Shown here one piece after another: positions 17,607-27,777 of a DNA stretch of 64,000 nt. This DNA is from Dehalococcoidia bacterium (GTDB taxonomy: Bacteria > Chloroflexota > Dehalococcoidia > Lucifugimonadales > UBA2962): positions 654,269 through 718,268 of the forward strand of contig OZ252295.1 in NCBI GenBank assembly GCA_965250195.1, written 5' to 3'. Both the position numbers and the translations under genes were made by a program. Under the pieces are notes generated by a model. That model was not told the origin of the DNA. It did not search any database and worked only from the letters and a program-made list of their open reading frames with translations. Each line of letters begins with the position of its first letter. Position 1 is the first letter of the stretch.

Positions 17607-18356
17607 CTATGGGGCCGTCGTAACTACCGGACCCTGCTCGGTGATGAGCACGGTGTCCTCGAAGTGGGCGGAAAGACTGCCGTCAGCCGTTACGACCGTC
17701 CATTCGTCTTCCAAGACGTCGGTCTTGTAGGTTCCCAGGTTCAGCATCGGCTCTATCGCTATCGCCATTCCCTGTCTGAGCAGCGGCCCTCGCCCCGCTT
17801 CACCAAAGTTCGGCACCGACGGGTCCTCGTGCATTGCGTACCCGATTCCATGCCCGACGTACTTTTGCACCAGGGCGTAGCCTTTGCCCTCGGCATAAGC
17901 CTGGATGGCGGCCGATACGTCCCCGACCCTTGCCCCTATTTTCACCTTTTCAATTCCTCGAAGAAGCGACTCACGAGTCGCGTCGATCAGGTCCGCCGCC
18001 TCCTGCGTAATCTCTCCCACACCGATGCTGAATGCGCTGTCGGCGTGCAGGCCGCCCACGATGGCCCCGACGTCCACGCTCAGGACATCGCCCTCAGCAA
18101 GCACCCGTGACCCGGGTATTCCGTGCACTATTTCTTCGTTTATCGACGTGCAGATGCTCGCCGGGAAGCCGAGGTAGCCCTTGAACGACGGGATGGCCCC
18201 GGCGGCCCGTATGGCGCGTTCGGCGATCGCGTCCAGGTTGCCGGTGGTTACGCCGGGCCCGATGGCGGCCGCAACCAGAGCCTTGACCTCGGACACAACC
18301 TGGCCAGCTTCCTTCATCAGCCGCAATTCGGCATCAGACTTGATCGTTATCCCCAC
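17607..18356 (-). CDS. map: type I methionine aminopeptidase
   Basis: GTG start after GAGAGG. Metal-site contexts VSVDVGA, HGIGYAMHE and IAIEPM. Confidence 0.9.
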   Translation of the reverse strand: MGITIKSDAELRLMKEAGQVVSEVKALVAAAIGPGVTTGNLDAIAERAIRAAGAIPSFKGYLGFPASICTSINEEIVHGIPGSRVLAEGDVLSVDVGAIVGGLHADSAFSIGVGEITQEAADLIDATRESLLRGIEKVKIGARVGDVSAAIQAYAEGKGYALVQKYVGHGIGYAMHEDPSVPNFGEAGRGPLLRQGMAIAIEPMLNLGTYKTDVLEDEWTVVTADGSLSAHFEDTVLITEQGPVVTTAP

Positions 18357-18449
18357 AGGCCTCTCGTTGGCCAGTGCGACTGAGCGCTCTATTTCGAGCC
18401 TCCCTTTGTCCGCTTTTCTACTTATCCACTCAATTATAGGTTGGAAGGC

Positions 18450-19091
18450 TTACGAAACGGCCGTTTCCAGCGCCTTCCAGACCTGTTCAATTGTCGAGCC
18501 ACCGTCGATCTCGGTCAGTACGCCGGTGCGCCGATAGTGCTCGACCACGGGCGCGGTGTGCTTTTCGTACACCTCCAGCCGGTTGGCCACAGCCTCTGGC
18601 TTGTCGTCCTGCCGCTCGTACAACTGTCCGCCGCATTTATCACAGACGCCGTCTTTACTCGGCGGCGACGATGTCGCGTGATATGGCGTCTGACAGTCCC
18701 TGCATATGGACCGACCACCCAACCTCCTGACCAGTTCCTCCCGAGAAACGTTTATGTACAACACGCCGTCTATGCCGCCCCGCTCGGCCATTTCGGCGTC
18801 CAGCGCCCGGGCCTGGCCCAGGCTCCTGGGGAAGCCGTCCAGGACGAATCCTGCCGACTGGTCCAGGGCGGTCACCCACTCCATCACCATCGCTATGGTC
18901 ACGTCGTCGGGGACCAGCTCCCCGGCTTTCATGAACGAACGAGCCTTTAGGCCCAGCTCCGTTTCCCTGGCCAGATGGTCTCGGAACAGGTCTCCCGAGG
19001 AGACCAGGTTAACTCCGAGCTTTTCCGCCAGACGGGACGCCTGAGTCCCTTTGCCCGCACCGGGCGGGCCGAGCAATATTGCTTTTTTCAA
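18450..19091 (-). CDS. adk: adenylate kinase (zinc-lid type)
   Basis: P-loop GPPGAGKGTQ. Lid CRDCQTPYH...CDKCGG. Confidence 0.95.
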   Translation of the reverse strand: MKKAILLGPPGAGKGTQASRLAEKLGVNLVSSGDLFRDHLARETELGLKARSFMKAGELVPDDVTIAMVMEWVTALDQSAGFVLDGFPRSLGQARALDAEMAERGGIDGVLYINVSREELVRRLGGRSICRDCQTPYHATSSPPSKDGVCDKCGGQLYERQDDKPEAVANRLEVYEKHTAPVVEHYRRTGVLTEIDGGSTIEQVWKALETAVS

Positions 19092-19143
19092 TGTGCTGAG
19101 ATTCAGAGTTTCCAGGGGGCGGTCGCCATGTGATGGGCGCTCG

Positions 19144-20484
19144 TCACCTCAGGAAGCCCTCGTAGTTGCGCATCAGTAACTGCGCTTCCAATTGACGCAT
19201 TGTATCGAGCGCTACGCCGACCATTATCAGCAAGCTCGTTGAGCTTATGGTCAGGGCGCGAACGTCCGTGACTTGAGTAATACCGAACGGCAGCACGGCG
19301 ATGAAACCTAAGAACAAAGCGCCGCCCCAGGTAATTCGTAAAATTACCCGATTGAGGTAGTCCTGGGTCGGCTTGCCGGGCCTAATGCCCGGTATGAAGC
19401 CCCCGTTTCTTTGCAGGTTTTCGGCCAGCCTCTGTTGCTGGAAAATTACGAGGGTGTAAAAGAACGCGAATATGACGACGAGAATGAACACAGCTAGCCA
19501 GTACGGCCACCGGCTAGGGTCGAATGTGTCGGAGAAGAACCGCGCCGCACGAGGCACAAAGCCGTCGCTCAGAGGGTTCCTGAAATAACTGGCGATCGTG
19601 GTCGGCAAGATGATTATCGAGAACGCGAAAATGAGCGGAATCATGCCGGCAGAGTTAACCCGCAAAGGCAAAAAGGTCGAGCCCGATTGCCGCTGCATCC
19701 GCCCGCCTCTGAATACGCTCCGCCCGTACTGGACCGGGACCCTCCTCTGGGCCTCGGTGAACATGACGATCAGATAGATGATGGCCAGGCCGAATACCGC
19801 TAATAGCAGCAGTCCCCCGGCCTCGTCTCTCTGGAGGAAGCCCTGACCGATGATCCTCGGGAAGCTAGCGACAATCCCGCCAAAGATGATTAGAGATATT
19901 CCGTTGCCCAGCCCGCGCTCGGTTATCAACTCGCCCAGCCAGACGAGGAACATCGTCCCGGCGACCATTGAGGCCACCATCGCGAGCGTCGCGAGGTTGA
20001 GTCCGAATTCGACGTTGGGCAAGACGCCGGACTGGCGCAGCAACGTGAGCTGACCCCAGGCCTGCAAGAGCGCTATGGGGACGGTGAGCCAGTGGGTGTA
20101 CTGGTTGATTTTTTGCCGGCCGTAGTCGCCCTCTTGCGACAGGGCCTTGAGCGATGGCACGACGGGAGTGAGTATCTGCATCACGATCGAGGACGTGATG
20201 TACGGGTAGACGCCTAGCGCGGCTATGCTCAGGTTCGCCAGCGCCCCGCCGCTGAACAGGTCGAGGAAGCCCAAAAGGGCGTTCTGCTCGAAGGCTCGAT
20301 TCAGTGCGTCTGTGTCAACGCCGGGGACCGGGACGTGGGCGACGAACCGGAAGATCACCAGCATCGCCAGGGTGAACAGAATTTTCGAACGAAGGTCCGG
20401 CACCCTCATCGCGTCGATCATCGACTGGATGAGCTGGGGCCGTGAGACCTCCTGCTGGCGCGCCGCCGCTCCCCTCTGTACCAC
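19144..20484 (-). CDS. secY: preprotein translocase subunit SecY
   Basis: 446 aa with 10 TM helices and motifs such as GISLIIFGGI. It sits in the spc operon between rplO and adk. Confidence 0.95.
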   Translation of the reverse strand: MVQRGAAARQQEVSRPQLIQSMIDAMRVPDLRSKILFTLAMLVIFRFVAHVPVPGVDTDALNRAFEQNALLGFLDLFSGGALANLSIAALGVYPYITSSIVMQILTPVVPSLKALSQEGDYGRQKINQYTHWLTVPIALLQAWGQLTLLRQSGVLPNVEFGLNLATLAMVASMVAGTMFLVWLGELITERGLGNGISLIIFGGIVASFPRIIGQGFLQRDEAGGLLLLAVFGLAIIYLIVMFTEAQRRVPVQYGRSVFRGGRMQRQSGSTFLPLRVNSAGMIPLIFAFSIIILPTTIASYFRNPLSDGFVPRAARFFSDTFDPSRWPYWLAVFILVVIFAFFYTLVIFQQQRLAENLQRNGGFIPGIRPGKPTQDYLNRVILRITWGGALFLGFIAVLPFGITQVTDVRALTISSTSLLIMVGVALDTMRQLEAQLLMRNYEGFLR

Positions 20485-20948
20485 TAGTCGGCCTGCTTCG
20501 CCGTTCCGCCTGCGGCCTCGATCTTGGCCCGTGCGGACTCTGAGAACCGGTCAGCGACTACGGTCATGGGGCCTTCCACTTCGCCCCTGCCGAGCACCTT
20601 GACCGGCCGGTCGGCGTAGTCGATCAATCCTGCATCGGCGAGGATCTGTGCGTTGACCTCAACCCCGTCGGGGATGCTGGCAAGCTGGTCGACGTTGACC
20701 AGCTGAAACTCTTTATGCGACCGCGCGGTGAAGCCCCGGATCATGGGCAGTGACTTGATGAGGGCCAGCTGTCCGCCCTGGAAGCCCACCCTGACTCCGC
20801 CACCGGCGCGAGCCTTCTGGCCCTTCATTCCTTTGCCGGAGTAGTTGCCGTGGCCGCTACCGTTGCCGCGCCCAACCCTGGTGCGGTTCTTTTTGGCGCC
20901 ACGGGGCGGCCCAAGTTCGTTTAGGTTCAAGGATTTGTGTTCAGGCAT
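20484..20948 (-). CDS. rplO: 50S ribosomal protein L15
   Basis: LNELGPPRGAKKNRTRVGRGNGSGHGNYSGKGMKGQKAR. ATG 20948 avoids overlap with rpmD. The track start at 20984 is an alternative. Confidence 0.85.
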   Translation of the reverse strand: MPEHKSLNLNELGPPRGAKKNRTRVGRGNGSGHGNYSGKGMKGQKARAGGGVRVGFQGGQLALIKSLPMIRGFTARSHKEFQLVNVDQLASIPDGVEVNAQILADAGLIDYADRPVKVLGRGEVEGPMTVVADRFSESARAKIEAAGGTAKQAD

Positions 20949-20967
20949 TGTGTTGCGCTCTGTCTCT

Positions 20968-21150
20968 TTAGTTAACCGGCTCAACTTGAACCAGGTGGCG
21001 GACCTTGTGAACCATGCCCCTGATGGAAGCGGTGTCCTCGTGTACGACCGTGTGGTTGAGCTTCCTCAATCCCAGGCATTCGACGGTGCGTCTCTGGTCC
21101 TGCTTGTTGCCTATTACGCTGTTGACCAGCGTGATGGATAACTTGGCCAT
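20968..21150 (-). CDS. rpmD: 50S ribosomal protein L30
   Basis: [32 protein letters not shown]. Confidence 0.9.
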   Translation of the reverse strand: MAKLSITLVNSVIGNKQDQRRTVECLGLRKLNHTVVHEDTASIRGMVHKVRHLVQVEPVN

Positions 21151-21155
21151 GGTGA

Positions 21156-21755
21156 TTAGCTCTTTTCAGCCGCGGCTGCCGCGGCGGCGGCGGCGGTCGC
21201 GCGGGCCTGTGCTCTGCGGGCCATGCGAACTGCGCCGATCTCTTTAACTGTGCGTCTGCGGGCCTTTTCCGTTTGGTGCTCCCGGAGCAGGGCGAGGGCC
21301 TTGAAGGTCGCCTTGACGCTGTTGACCGGGTTGGTGGAGCGCCGGGCCTTGCTCAGGATGTCTTTGATCCCCGCCAGCTCTACCACTGCTCGCACGGAGC
21401 CACCGGCAATTACGCCGGTACCCGGTACGGCCGGCATGAGCATTACCTCGGCACCGCTGAATTTGGCGGTTATTTCGTGGGGAATGGTGCTGCCGTCCAG
21501 CGGCACGTTGATCATGTTGCGGCGGGCGTAGTAAGCGCCTTTCTTGACTGCATCGGGAACGGCGTCCGCCTTCCCCAGGCCCACGCCGACGTTGCCCGCG
21601 CCATCGCCGACGACGACGACCGCGTTGAAGCTGAGATGCCGCCCGCCCTTGACGACCTTGGCGACCCGGGAGATCTTCACCACCCGCTCCTCCATGCCGT
21701 CCTCGGGCCCGCGATCCCTATCGCGCCCTCCACCGTAACCCCTGTTGGAGTTCAA
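21156..21755 (-). CDS. rpsE: 30S ribosomal protein S5 (Ala-rich C-terminal tail)
   Basis: [27 protein letters not shown] ... tail [15 protein letters not shown]. Confidence 0.95.
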   Translation of the reverse strand: MNSNRGYGGGRDRDRGPEDGMEERVVKISRVAKVVKGGRHLSFNAVVVVGDGAGNVGVGLGKADAVPDAVKKGAYYARRNMINVPLDGSTIPHEITAKFSGAEVMLMPAVPGTGVIAGGSVRAVVELAGIKDILSKARRSTNPVNSVKATFKALALLREHQTEKARRRTVKEIGAVRMARRAQARATAAAAAAAAAEKS

Positions 21756-22120
21756 ATGACCAGACCTCCCTCTCGCGCGGCTTCGGCCAGGGCCTTGACC
21801 CGGCCATGGTATTTGTTGCCGCCGCGGTCGAATACCGCCGTCTTGATGCCCTTTTCGGCAGCCCTTTTGGCGACCAGTTCGCCGACGGCCCGAGATGTCA
21901 CGGTCTTGGTGCGTCCCTTAGAGCCGGTCCTGACCTCGCCTTCCAGGCTCGATGCGGCGGTCAGGGTCTCGCCCAGTTCATCGTCGATGAGCTGGGCGTA
22001 GACGTGCTGGCTGCTACGAAACACGGCCAGGCGCGGCCGCGCGGCCGTTCCGCTCACCCGCTTGCGAACACGGGCGTGCCTTATGCGCACCCGGTGTTTA
22101 GATGTCTTTCTCAGTGCCAA
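21752..22120 (-). CDS. rplR: 50S ribosomal protein L18
   Basis: [20 protein letters not shown] ... [24 protein letters not shown]. Confidence 0.95.
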   Translation of the reverse strand: MALRKTSKHRVRIRHARVRKRVSGTAARPRLAVFRSSQHVYAQLIDDELGETLTAASSLEGEVRTGSKGRTKTVTSRAVGELVAKRAAEKGIKTAVFDRGGNKYHGRVKALAEAAREGGLVI

Positions 22121-22192
22121 CTACCACTCTCCAAAAAAAATCAAAACGGCCCAAATTCCGTCTTGCCTGATTTCGACTTCGAAGGGGCCAAT

Positions 22193-22738
22193 CTACTGGA
22201 CTCTTCGGGCAGACTTGCCCGGCTTGAGTTTGATCTGCTCGCCGCCATAACGAATGCCTTTGCCGGTGTAGGCGTTGGGTGGCCTGACCATGCGGATCTG
22301 CGCCGCCAACTGCCCGACTTTCTGTTTGTCTATTCCGCTGACGCTTATGAGGTTCTGCCCCTCGACCTTGACGGTCACGCCCTCGGCGGGGGTGACGGTG
22401 ACGGTGTGGCTGAGCATTACGTTCAGAGCCACTCCCTTGCCCTCCTGCTGGGCCCGGTAGCCGACCCCGACGAGGTCGAGCTGCTTGACGTAGCCTTCGC
22501 TAACACCGACGACCATGTTGGCCAGCAGGCTACGGGTGAGGCCGTGCAGTGACCGGTGCCGCCCTTCGTCCGACGGGCGTTTTACCGTAACTACGCCGCT
22601 GTCGTTTGCGATCGACATCTCGGAGTCGAAGCTCTGACGCAGCTCGCCTTTCGGCCCTTTGACGGTTACATCGGACCCGGAGATCGTCACGTTCACGCCA
22701 CTGGGCACGGCTATGGGTTTGTTTCCTATACGAGACAT
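22193..22738 (-). CDS. rplF: 50S ribosomal protein L6
   Basis: MSRIGNKPIAVPSGVNVTISGSDVTVKGPKGEL. Confidence 0.95.
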   Translation of the reverse strand: MSRIGNKPIAVPSGVNVTISGSDVTVKGPKGELRQSFDSEMSIANDSGVVTVKRPSDEGRHRSLHGLTRSLLANMVVGVSEGYVKQLDLVGVGYRAQQEGKGVALNVMLSHTVTVTPAEGVTVKVEGQNLISVSGIDKQKVGQLAAQIRMVRPPNAYTGKGIRYGGEQIKLKPGKSARRVQ

Positions 22739-22768
22739 ATATAGTTCACAGATCGGTCGGGGCCGCAG

Positions 22769-23170
22769 CTACCACACATAGCACAGCAACTCCCCACCGA
22801 TACCCTTTTTCCATGCGTCCCGGCCGGTCATTATGCCCTTAGACGTGGACAGGAACGACACCCCCAGGCCACCGAAGTACCGGGGGATTTCTCCCTTCCT
22901 GACGTACACACGGAGGCCCGGTCGGCTCACTCGCTTCAGTCCGGCGATTCCCGGGTCTCCGCGGTCGTGATAATGCAGGAAGATTCTTATCTCTCCCTGC
23001 GGGCCGTCGGTCTCTTCCAGCTCGTAACCCAAAATGAAACCTTCGCTGGTTAGAAGCTCGGCTAACGAGACCTTCATCTTGGAGGCGGGAACGTGCACGC
23101 TGTCGTGTTCCGCCGTTACGGCGTTGCGAATTCGCGTGAGCATGTCGGCTATTGGATCAGTAACTGACAT
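22769..23170 (-). CDS. rpsH: 30S ribosomal protein S8
   Basis: The internal ATG at 23170 gives MSVTDPIADMLTRIRNA, the canonical S8 start. The longer track ORF would overlap rpsN. Confidence 0.9.
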   Translation of the reverse strand: MSVTDPIADMLTRIRNAVTAEHDSVHVPASKMKVSLAELLTSEGFILGYELEETDGPQGEIRIFLHYHDRGDPGIAGLKRVSRPGLRVYVRKGEIPRYFGGLGVSFLSTSKGIMTGRDAWKKGIGGELLCYVW

Positions 23171-23175
23171 AGCGC

Positions 23176-23361
23176 TTACCAGCTGGCCTTTCGAATGCCC
23201 GGCAACGTGCCGCGAAGCGCTAGTTCCCTGAAACAGATGCGGCACAATCCGACGTGCCTGATGTAGGCGCGCGGACGGCTGCACCGGTTGCACCGGTTGT
23301 ATTTCTGGGTCGAGTACTTTTGCGGCTTTTTCCAGCGCGCAACCATTGAGGCCTTTGCCAA
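23176..23361 (-). CDS. rpsN: 30S ribosomal protein S14, type Z (zinc-binding)
   Basis: 61 aa with CNRC...CRIC and a terminal KASW. Confidence 0.95.
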   Translation of the reverse strand: MAKASMVARWKKPQKYSTQKYNRCNRCSRPRAYIRHVGLCRICFRELALRGTLPGIRKASW

Positions 23362-23403
23362 TCTACGTCCTCCCCTACTGCCGTTCGCCCGGGATGTGTG
23401 CCA

Positions 23404-24282
23404 TTACCCGACCGTTCCTTCGCCTGTTTTGGTGAAGGGCATCCCGAGCAACTCAAGCAGTCTCAGGCCCTCCCTGTCGTTTGGAGCGGTGGTCGTCACG
23501 ACGACTTGCAGGCCCCGCATCCGGTCTACCGCGTTGTAATCGATCTCGGGGAACATTACCTGCTCCCTGAAGCCGATGGCGTAATTGCCCCGGCCATCGA
23601 ATGACTTTCTGGACAGGCCACGGAAGTCCCGGATACGGGGCAGGGCGGAGGCGACGAGTCGATCGAAAAACTCCCACATCCGACGACCGCGCATTGTCGT
23701 GCTCACACCGACGGGCATCCCCTCGCGCAACTTGTAATTGGCGATGGACTTGCGCGCCCGATTCGTGATCGGCCGCTGACCGGTAATCTGGCTGATGTCA
23801 TTGGTGGCGTTTTCCAATGCGCGAGGGTTCGTGAGCGCCTCGCCCAGGCCTATGTTGACGATGATCTTCTCAATGGTCGGCACCTGCATCGGAGAGCTGT
23901 AGTTGAACTCCTTTATCAGCGCCGGACCGACGGTGCTGATGTGGAGCGCCTTGAGCCTGGGCAGGGACCGGGCCGCCCCATTAGCGGAAACGCCAGTCTC
24001 GGCGACGCCAGTCTCGGCGACGGGCGCATCGGCCACGGCGGCTACCGCGGCCGGAGCGGCCTTACGACGGGTCGTGCGCTTTTTGGCAGGAGCCTTCGGC
24101 TTGGCCGCACCAGTTGCAGTTGCCGGAGCAGCCTTGGCAGGCTTTTTGGCTTTCGCCTTGGCCTTGGCCTTGGGCTCGTCGGCCGCAGTTGCGGACGCGG
24201 GCTTTTTGGCTTTTGCGGTGGCCTTGCGAACCCGCTTGGGCTTGCCGTCTTCGCTTTTGGTTTTTTCTTCTGTATCAGCCAT
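23404..24282 (-). CDS. rplE: 50S ribosomal protein L5 with ~106-aa Lys/Ala/Pro-rich N-terminal extension
   Basis: The L5 core starts near [22 protein letters not shown]...IVNIGLGEA. It is preceded by [16 protein letters not shown]-type low complexity. Confidence 0.9.
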   Translation of the reverse strand: MADTEEKTKSEDGKPKRVRKATAKAKKPASATAADEPKAKAKAKAKKPAKAAPATATGAAKPKAPAKKRTTRRKAAPAAVAAVADAPVAETGVAETGVSANGAARSLPRLKALHISTVGPALIKEFNYSSPMQVPTIEKIIVNIGLGEALTNPRALENATNDISQITGQRPITNRARKSIANYKLREGMPVGVSTTMRGRRMWEFFDRLVASALPRIRDFRGLSRKSFDGRGNYAIGFREQVMFPEIDYNAVDRMRGLQVVVTTTAPNDREGLRLLELLGMPFTKTGEGTVG

Positions 24283-24301
24283 GATCGGTGTTGGTGAAGC
24301 T

Positions 24302-24613
24302 CTACTCGATTATTTCGTCACAGCTCTTGCACACGCGCGCCTTGGAGCCGTCCGCCAGAAACCTGTGCCCAATCTTGCCGGGCTCGTTGCAGGATGGGCA
24401 TACCAGCACCACTTTGGAGACCGGCATGGGCACTTCTTTGTCGATGATTCCGGCCTGGCGCAGGCTGGCCGAGGCCTTGGTGTGTCGCTTGACGACGTTG
24501 ACACCCTCTACCTGGATGGTTCCCTTGTCGGGGAACGATCTGACCACCTTGCCCTGCTTGCCGCGATCTCGCCCGCTTATTACCAGTACGGTATCTTCCG
24601 CTCTAATCTTCAT
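24302..24613 (-). CDS. rplX: 50S ribosomal protein L24 (CxxC...CxxC zinc-ribbon type)
   Basis: [26 protein letters not shown] motif. C-terminal CPSC...CKSC, as in Thermus-type L24. Confidence 0.95.
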   Translation of the reverse strand: MKIRAEDTVLVISGRDRGKQGKVVRSFPDKGTIQVEGVNVVKRHTKASASLRQAGIIDKEVPMPVSKVVLVCPSCNEPGKIGHRFLADGSKARVCKSCDEIIE

Positions 24614-24637
24614 GTTCCGTCGCTCCGGCCGGCCAGC

Positions 24638-25006
24638 CTAGAGCACCTCCGGCGCCAACGAGACTATTCTCATAAAGTTCTTGTCTCTCAATTCACGAGC
24701 GACCGGACCGAATATCCGCGTTCCCCTGGGCAGGTTCTCCGGGCTGACGAGTACCGCGGCGTTGTCGTCGAAGCGAATGTGCGACCCGTCACGCCTGCGA
24801 TAGGACTTGGAGGTTCGCACGATTACCGCGCGCACAACCTCGCCCTTTTTCACACCGGCGGCCGGGGCGGCCTCTTTGACCGAGGCCACGATGATGTCGC
24901 CCAGGCCGGCGTATCGGCGACCGCTGCCGCCGGGCACCCCGATGCAGCTGATTACCTTTGCGCCGGAATTGTCGGCGACCCTGAGGCGAGAGTAGATCTG
25001 AATCAC
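24638..25006 (-). CDS. rplN: 50S ribosomal protein L14
   Basis: [24 protein letters not shown]. Confidence 0.95.
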   Translation of the reverse strand: MIQIYSRLRVADNSGAKVISCIGVPGGSGRRYAGLGDIIVASVKEAAPAAGVKKGEVVRAVIVRTSKSYRRRDGSHIRFDDNAAVLVSPENLPRGTRIFGPVARELRDKNFMRIVSLAPEVL

Positions 25007-25776
25007 TCTTTGTCCTCTTTGTCTTCTGCTTCGGTCTCAGGTTCGGCCTTATCTTCGGCTTCAGGCTCTGGCTCGGCTTCAGGCTCAGCTTCGGGCTCGG
25101 CCTCTACGGCGGCCTCTGGCTCAGCTTCGTCTTCGACGACGGCCTCGGGCTCCTCTTCGGCTGCGGGCTCTGGCTCGGCCTCTACGGTGGCCTCAGGCTC
25201 CGACTCAGCTTCTGGCTCGGCCTCAGGCTCCGGCTCGGCTTCTGGCTCGGCCTCAGGCTCCTGTTCGGCTGCGGGCTCAGGCTCGGGCTCTTCTTCTACG
25301 ACGGCCCCGGGCTCATCCTCTGCGGCGGCCTCAGGCTCAGCTTCCGGCTCGGGCTCGGGCTCTTCAGAAGCGGTCTCGGCTTCTTCGAGGGCAGCGGCCT
25401 CTCTCGCCGCCGCCGCCGCTGCCGTGGTGGCTGCGACCGCCGCTTCCTGCTCCTCGGCGGAAAGCCTCTGGGCTACCTGCACGTCTTCGGCCAGCTTGAT
25501 GTCGTCGGGCTGGACCTCGGCGACGTCACCGCGCTCCAAGATCTCGGCCAGACGCCATCGCTTGGTCTTGGATATCGGCCGGGACTCCACGAGCTTGACT
25601 AGGTCGCCCAACCGGGCGTCGTTCTCCGGGTCGTGAGCAACGTATCGCTTGCGCACCTGGATGGACTTTTTGTAGAGCCGGTGCGAGCGACGGCGCTCGA
25701 TATAGACCACGACGGTCTTGTCCATCTTGTCGCTTATCACGCGACCAACTCGAGCCTTGCGTCTTTCAAAGCTCAT
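25003..25776 (-). CDS. rpsQ: 30S ribosomal protein S17 with ~170-aa acidic Pro/Glu/Ala repeat C-terminal extension
   Basis: S17 core [32 protein letters not shown]...[15 protein letters not shown], followed by [15 protein letters not shown] repeats. Its stop overlaps the rplN start (ATGA). Confidence 0.9.
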   Translation of the reverse strand: MSFERRKARVGRVISDKMDKTVVVYIERRRSHRLYKKSIQVRKRYVAHDPENDARLGDLVKLVESRPISKTKRWRLAEILERGDVAEVQPDDIKLAEDVQVAQRLSAEEQEAAVAATTAAAAAAREAAALEEAETASEEPEPEPEAEPEAAAEDEPGAVVEEEPEPEPAAEQEPEAEPEAEPEPEAEPEAESEPEATVEAEPEPAAEEEPEAVVEDEAEPEAAVEAEPEAEPEAEPEPEAEDKAEPETEAEDKEDKE

Positions 25777-25976
25777 GCTTCGGCCCTGGCCAGTTCACGT
25801 TCCCGCAAAACGGTCTTGAGCTGCGCCACGCGCCGCCGCGAGGTCTTGATCTCGTTAACGTCGGATAGTTGCATGGTGGCCGCCCTGAACCGCAGGTTCA
25901 TCAGCGCCTTTTGCGTCTCGTCCAACTCCTCGGCAAGCTCATAGTCGCCGAGCGTTCTTATTTCATCTGCCGCCAA
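25773..25976 (-). CDS. rpmC: 50S ribosomal protein L29
   Basis: [29 protein letters not shown]. Confidence 0.9.
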   Translation of the reverse strand: MAADEIRTLGDYELAEELDETQKALMNLRFRAATMQLSDVNEIKTSRRRVAQLKTVLRERELARAEA

Positions 25977-26010
25977 ATCGATCCCCTAGCGTGCTTCCAG
26001 CCACCGGCGG

Positions 26011-26424
26011 CTAGAACGCATCCTTTTTGACTATTTTTGTCGCCATCGGCAGCTTCGCAGCAGCCAATCGCAGTCCCTCGCGCGCCACCTCTTCAGGTAC
26101 GCCCGCCATTTCGAAAAGTACTCTTCCGGGCTTTACGACAGCGACCCAATGGTCCACCGCACCCTTGCCGCTTCCCATCCGCGTCTCGGCCGCGCGAGCG
26201 GTCACGGACTTGTCGGGGAAGATTCTTATCCAGATTTTCCCGCCACGCTTGGCGTAACGGGTCATCGCCCGGCGAGCCGCCTCAATCTGGCGAGCCGTAA
26301 CCCAGCTGGGTTCCATCGCTTTTAACGCAAATTCACCAAGGTTGATGGTGCTGCCAGCGTTCGCGACGCCCTTGAGCCTACCCCGATGGTGGTTGCGAAA
26401 TTTGAGCCGCTTGGGTTGAAGCAT
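26011..26424 (-). CDS. rplP: 50S ribosomal protein L16
   Basis: [19 protein letters not shown]...[24 protein letters not shown]. Confidence 0.95.
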   Translation of the reverse strand: MLQPKRLKFRNHHRGRLKGVANAGSTINLGEFALKAMEPSWVTARQIEAARRAMTRYAKRGGKIWIRIFPDKSVTARAAETRMGSGKGAVDHWVAVVKPGRVLFEMAGVPEEVAREGLRLAAAKLPMATKIVKKDAF

Positions 26425-27410
26425 TACTTCTTCTTTGCCTCCGGCTCGTCTGAAGGTTCTTCGACCGTCTCATCTGCGGCCGGCGCCTCTTCGGCGGGCT
26501 CCTCGGTGTCAGGCGCCTCTTGTTCTGGCGCCTCTTCCTGCGCGGCTTCTTCTTGCCCGGCCTCTGGGGCTTCAGGCTCTGCCACAGCAACGGGGGCCGC
26601 CATGGATGGAGATGCGTCTGTCACTCCGGTTGCTGCCGCCACTTCCGACGCCGCCGCGACCGACGCCGCCTCCGCCGCCGCCGCCGCCGCCGCCTCGGCC
26701 GCCTCCTGGGCCGCCGACTCTTCGGGACTGAGCGTCACTTCAATTGGCGCCATGTCCTCGATGTCCGGCTCTTTCTCTTGTTTGATGATGTCTCCGTGGT
26801 AGAGCCAGACTTTCACGCCGATTCGGCCAAAGTCAGTTGCCGCCTCGGCGATGGCGAAATCTACATCAGCGCGTAGCGTGTGCAACGGCACCCGGCCCTC
26901 CATGGCCTTTTCTCGCCTGGCGATGTCGGCGCCGCCCAGGCGACCGGCGATGACGATTTTTACGCCCTTCGCCCCGGCCTGCACGGTCCGGCTCACCGCC
27001 TGCCTGATCGCCCGTCTGTAGGCGATTCGGCGCTCTAGCTGGTCGGCCACGCTGCGAGCGACGAGGAATGCGTCCAATTCCGGCTGGCGGATCTCCTGGA
27101 CGTTCAGACGCGCTCTTCGGTTGGTCAGCGACTCGAGCATCTTGCGCAGCTCTTCGACCCTCTGGCCGCCCCGGCCGATGACGATGCCCGGTCTGGCGGT
27201 GTGGACAGTAACGACTACTTCAGACGAGTTGCGCTCAATCTCGACTTTTGAAATGCCCGCGTCCGGATATCGGGTCGCAATGTTGTTACGGATCGACAGG
27301 TCCTCTTTGACCAGCTCTCTGTAGTCGGCCGTCTTGGCAGCGAACCACGTCGCCTGCCAGTCCTTGATGATTCCCAGGCGGAAGCCTATGGGATGGGTCT
27401 TATGCCCCAA
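26424..27410 (-). CDS. rpsC: 30S ribosomal protein S3 with ~118-aa acidic Ala/Glu-rich C-terminal extension
   Basis: [24 protein letters not shown]... KH and S3-C domains run to about aa 210, followed by a low-complexity tail ending EPEAKKK. Confidence 0.95.
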   Translation of the reverse strand: MGHKTHPIGFRLGIIKDWQATWFAAKTADYRELVKEDLSIRNNIATRYPDAGISKVEIERNSSEVVVTVHTARPGIVIGRGGQRVEELRKMLESLTNRRARLNVQEIRQPELDAFLVARSVADQLERRIAYRRAIRQAVSRTVQAGAKGVKIVIAGRLGGADIARREKAMEGRVPLHTLRADVDFAIAEAATDFGRIGVKVWLYHGDIIKQEKEPDIEDMAPIEVTLSPEESAAQEAAEAAAAAAAEAASVAAASEVAAATGVTDASPSMAAPVAVAEPEAPEAGQEEAAQEEAPEQEAPDTEEPAEEAPAADETVEEPSDEPEAKKK

Positions 27411-27756
27411 CTAGATCCTCCCCCTCGTCCTCGTCAACGACCACGGTGATGTGGCTGTTACGACGGATGATCCTGGCAGATCGCCCGCGTGCCCGTGCCC
27501 GGAAACGCTTTGTACTGGTGCCTTCGTTTGCGCATATAGAAACAATCTTTAAGTCCCCGACCCCGGACGCCAGCTCGTTTTCGGCGTTGGCGTTGGCGGA
27601 GCGAACGACTTTCGCGATAACTGCCGCCGCGGGCGAAGGCAAAAATTCAAGCGTGTGTAGCGCCTCATCGACAAACATGCCGCGCACGAGGTCGACTATG
27701 GGCCTGACCCGCTTGACCGAAAGTCCTGTGTTTTTAACTGTTGCAGTGGATGCCAT
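27400..27756 (-). CDS. rplV: 50S ribosomal protein L22
   Basis: RVRPIVDLVRGMFVDEALHTLEF...RFRARARGRSARIIRRNSHITVVV. Confidence 0.95.
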   Translation of the reverse strand: MASTATVKNTGLSVKRVRPIVDLVRGMFVDEALHTLEFLPSPAAAVIAKVVRSANANAENELASGVGDLKIVSICANEGTSTKRFRARARGRSARIIRRNSHITVVVDEDEGEDLVGA

Positions 27757-27777
27757 CTCTGTTGCCTTCGAAAGGGT

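Noticed and set aside
25018-25400. CRISPR-like or minisatellite repeat array
   Set aside because: The periodicity is 6-12 bp and in frame within rpsQ. There is no alternation of unique spacers and no flanking cas genes. It is a coding low-complexity repeat.
23903-25636. 577-aa plus-strand ORF, the longest ORF in this region, rich in SGSASGSA repeats
   Set aside because: It is antisense to rplE, rplX, rplN and rpsQ, all of which have unmistakable r-protein sequences. Its repeats are simply the reverse-complement reading of the S17 PEAE-repeat DNA. It is a typical high-GC shadow ORF.
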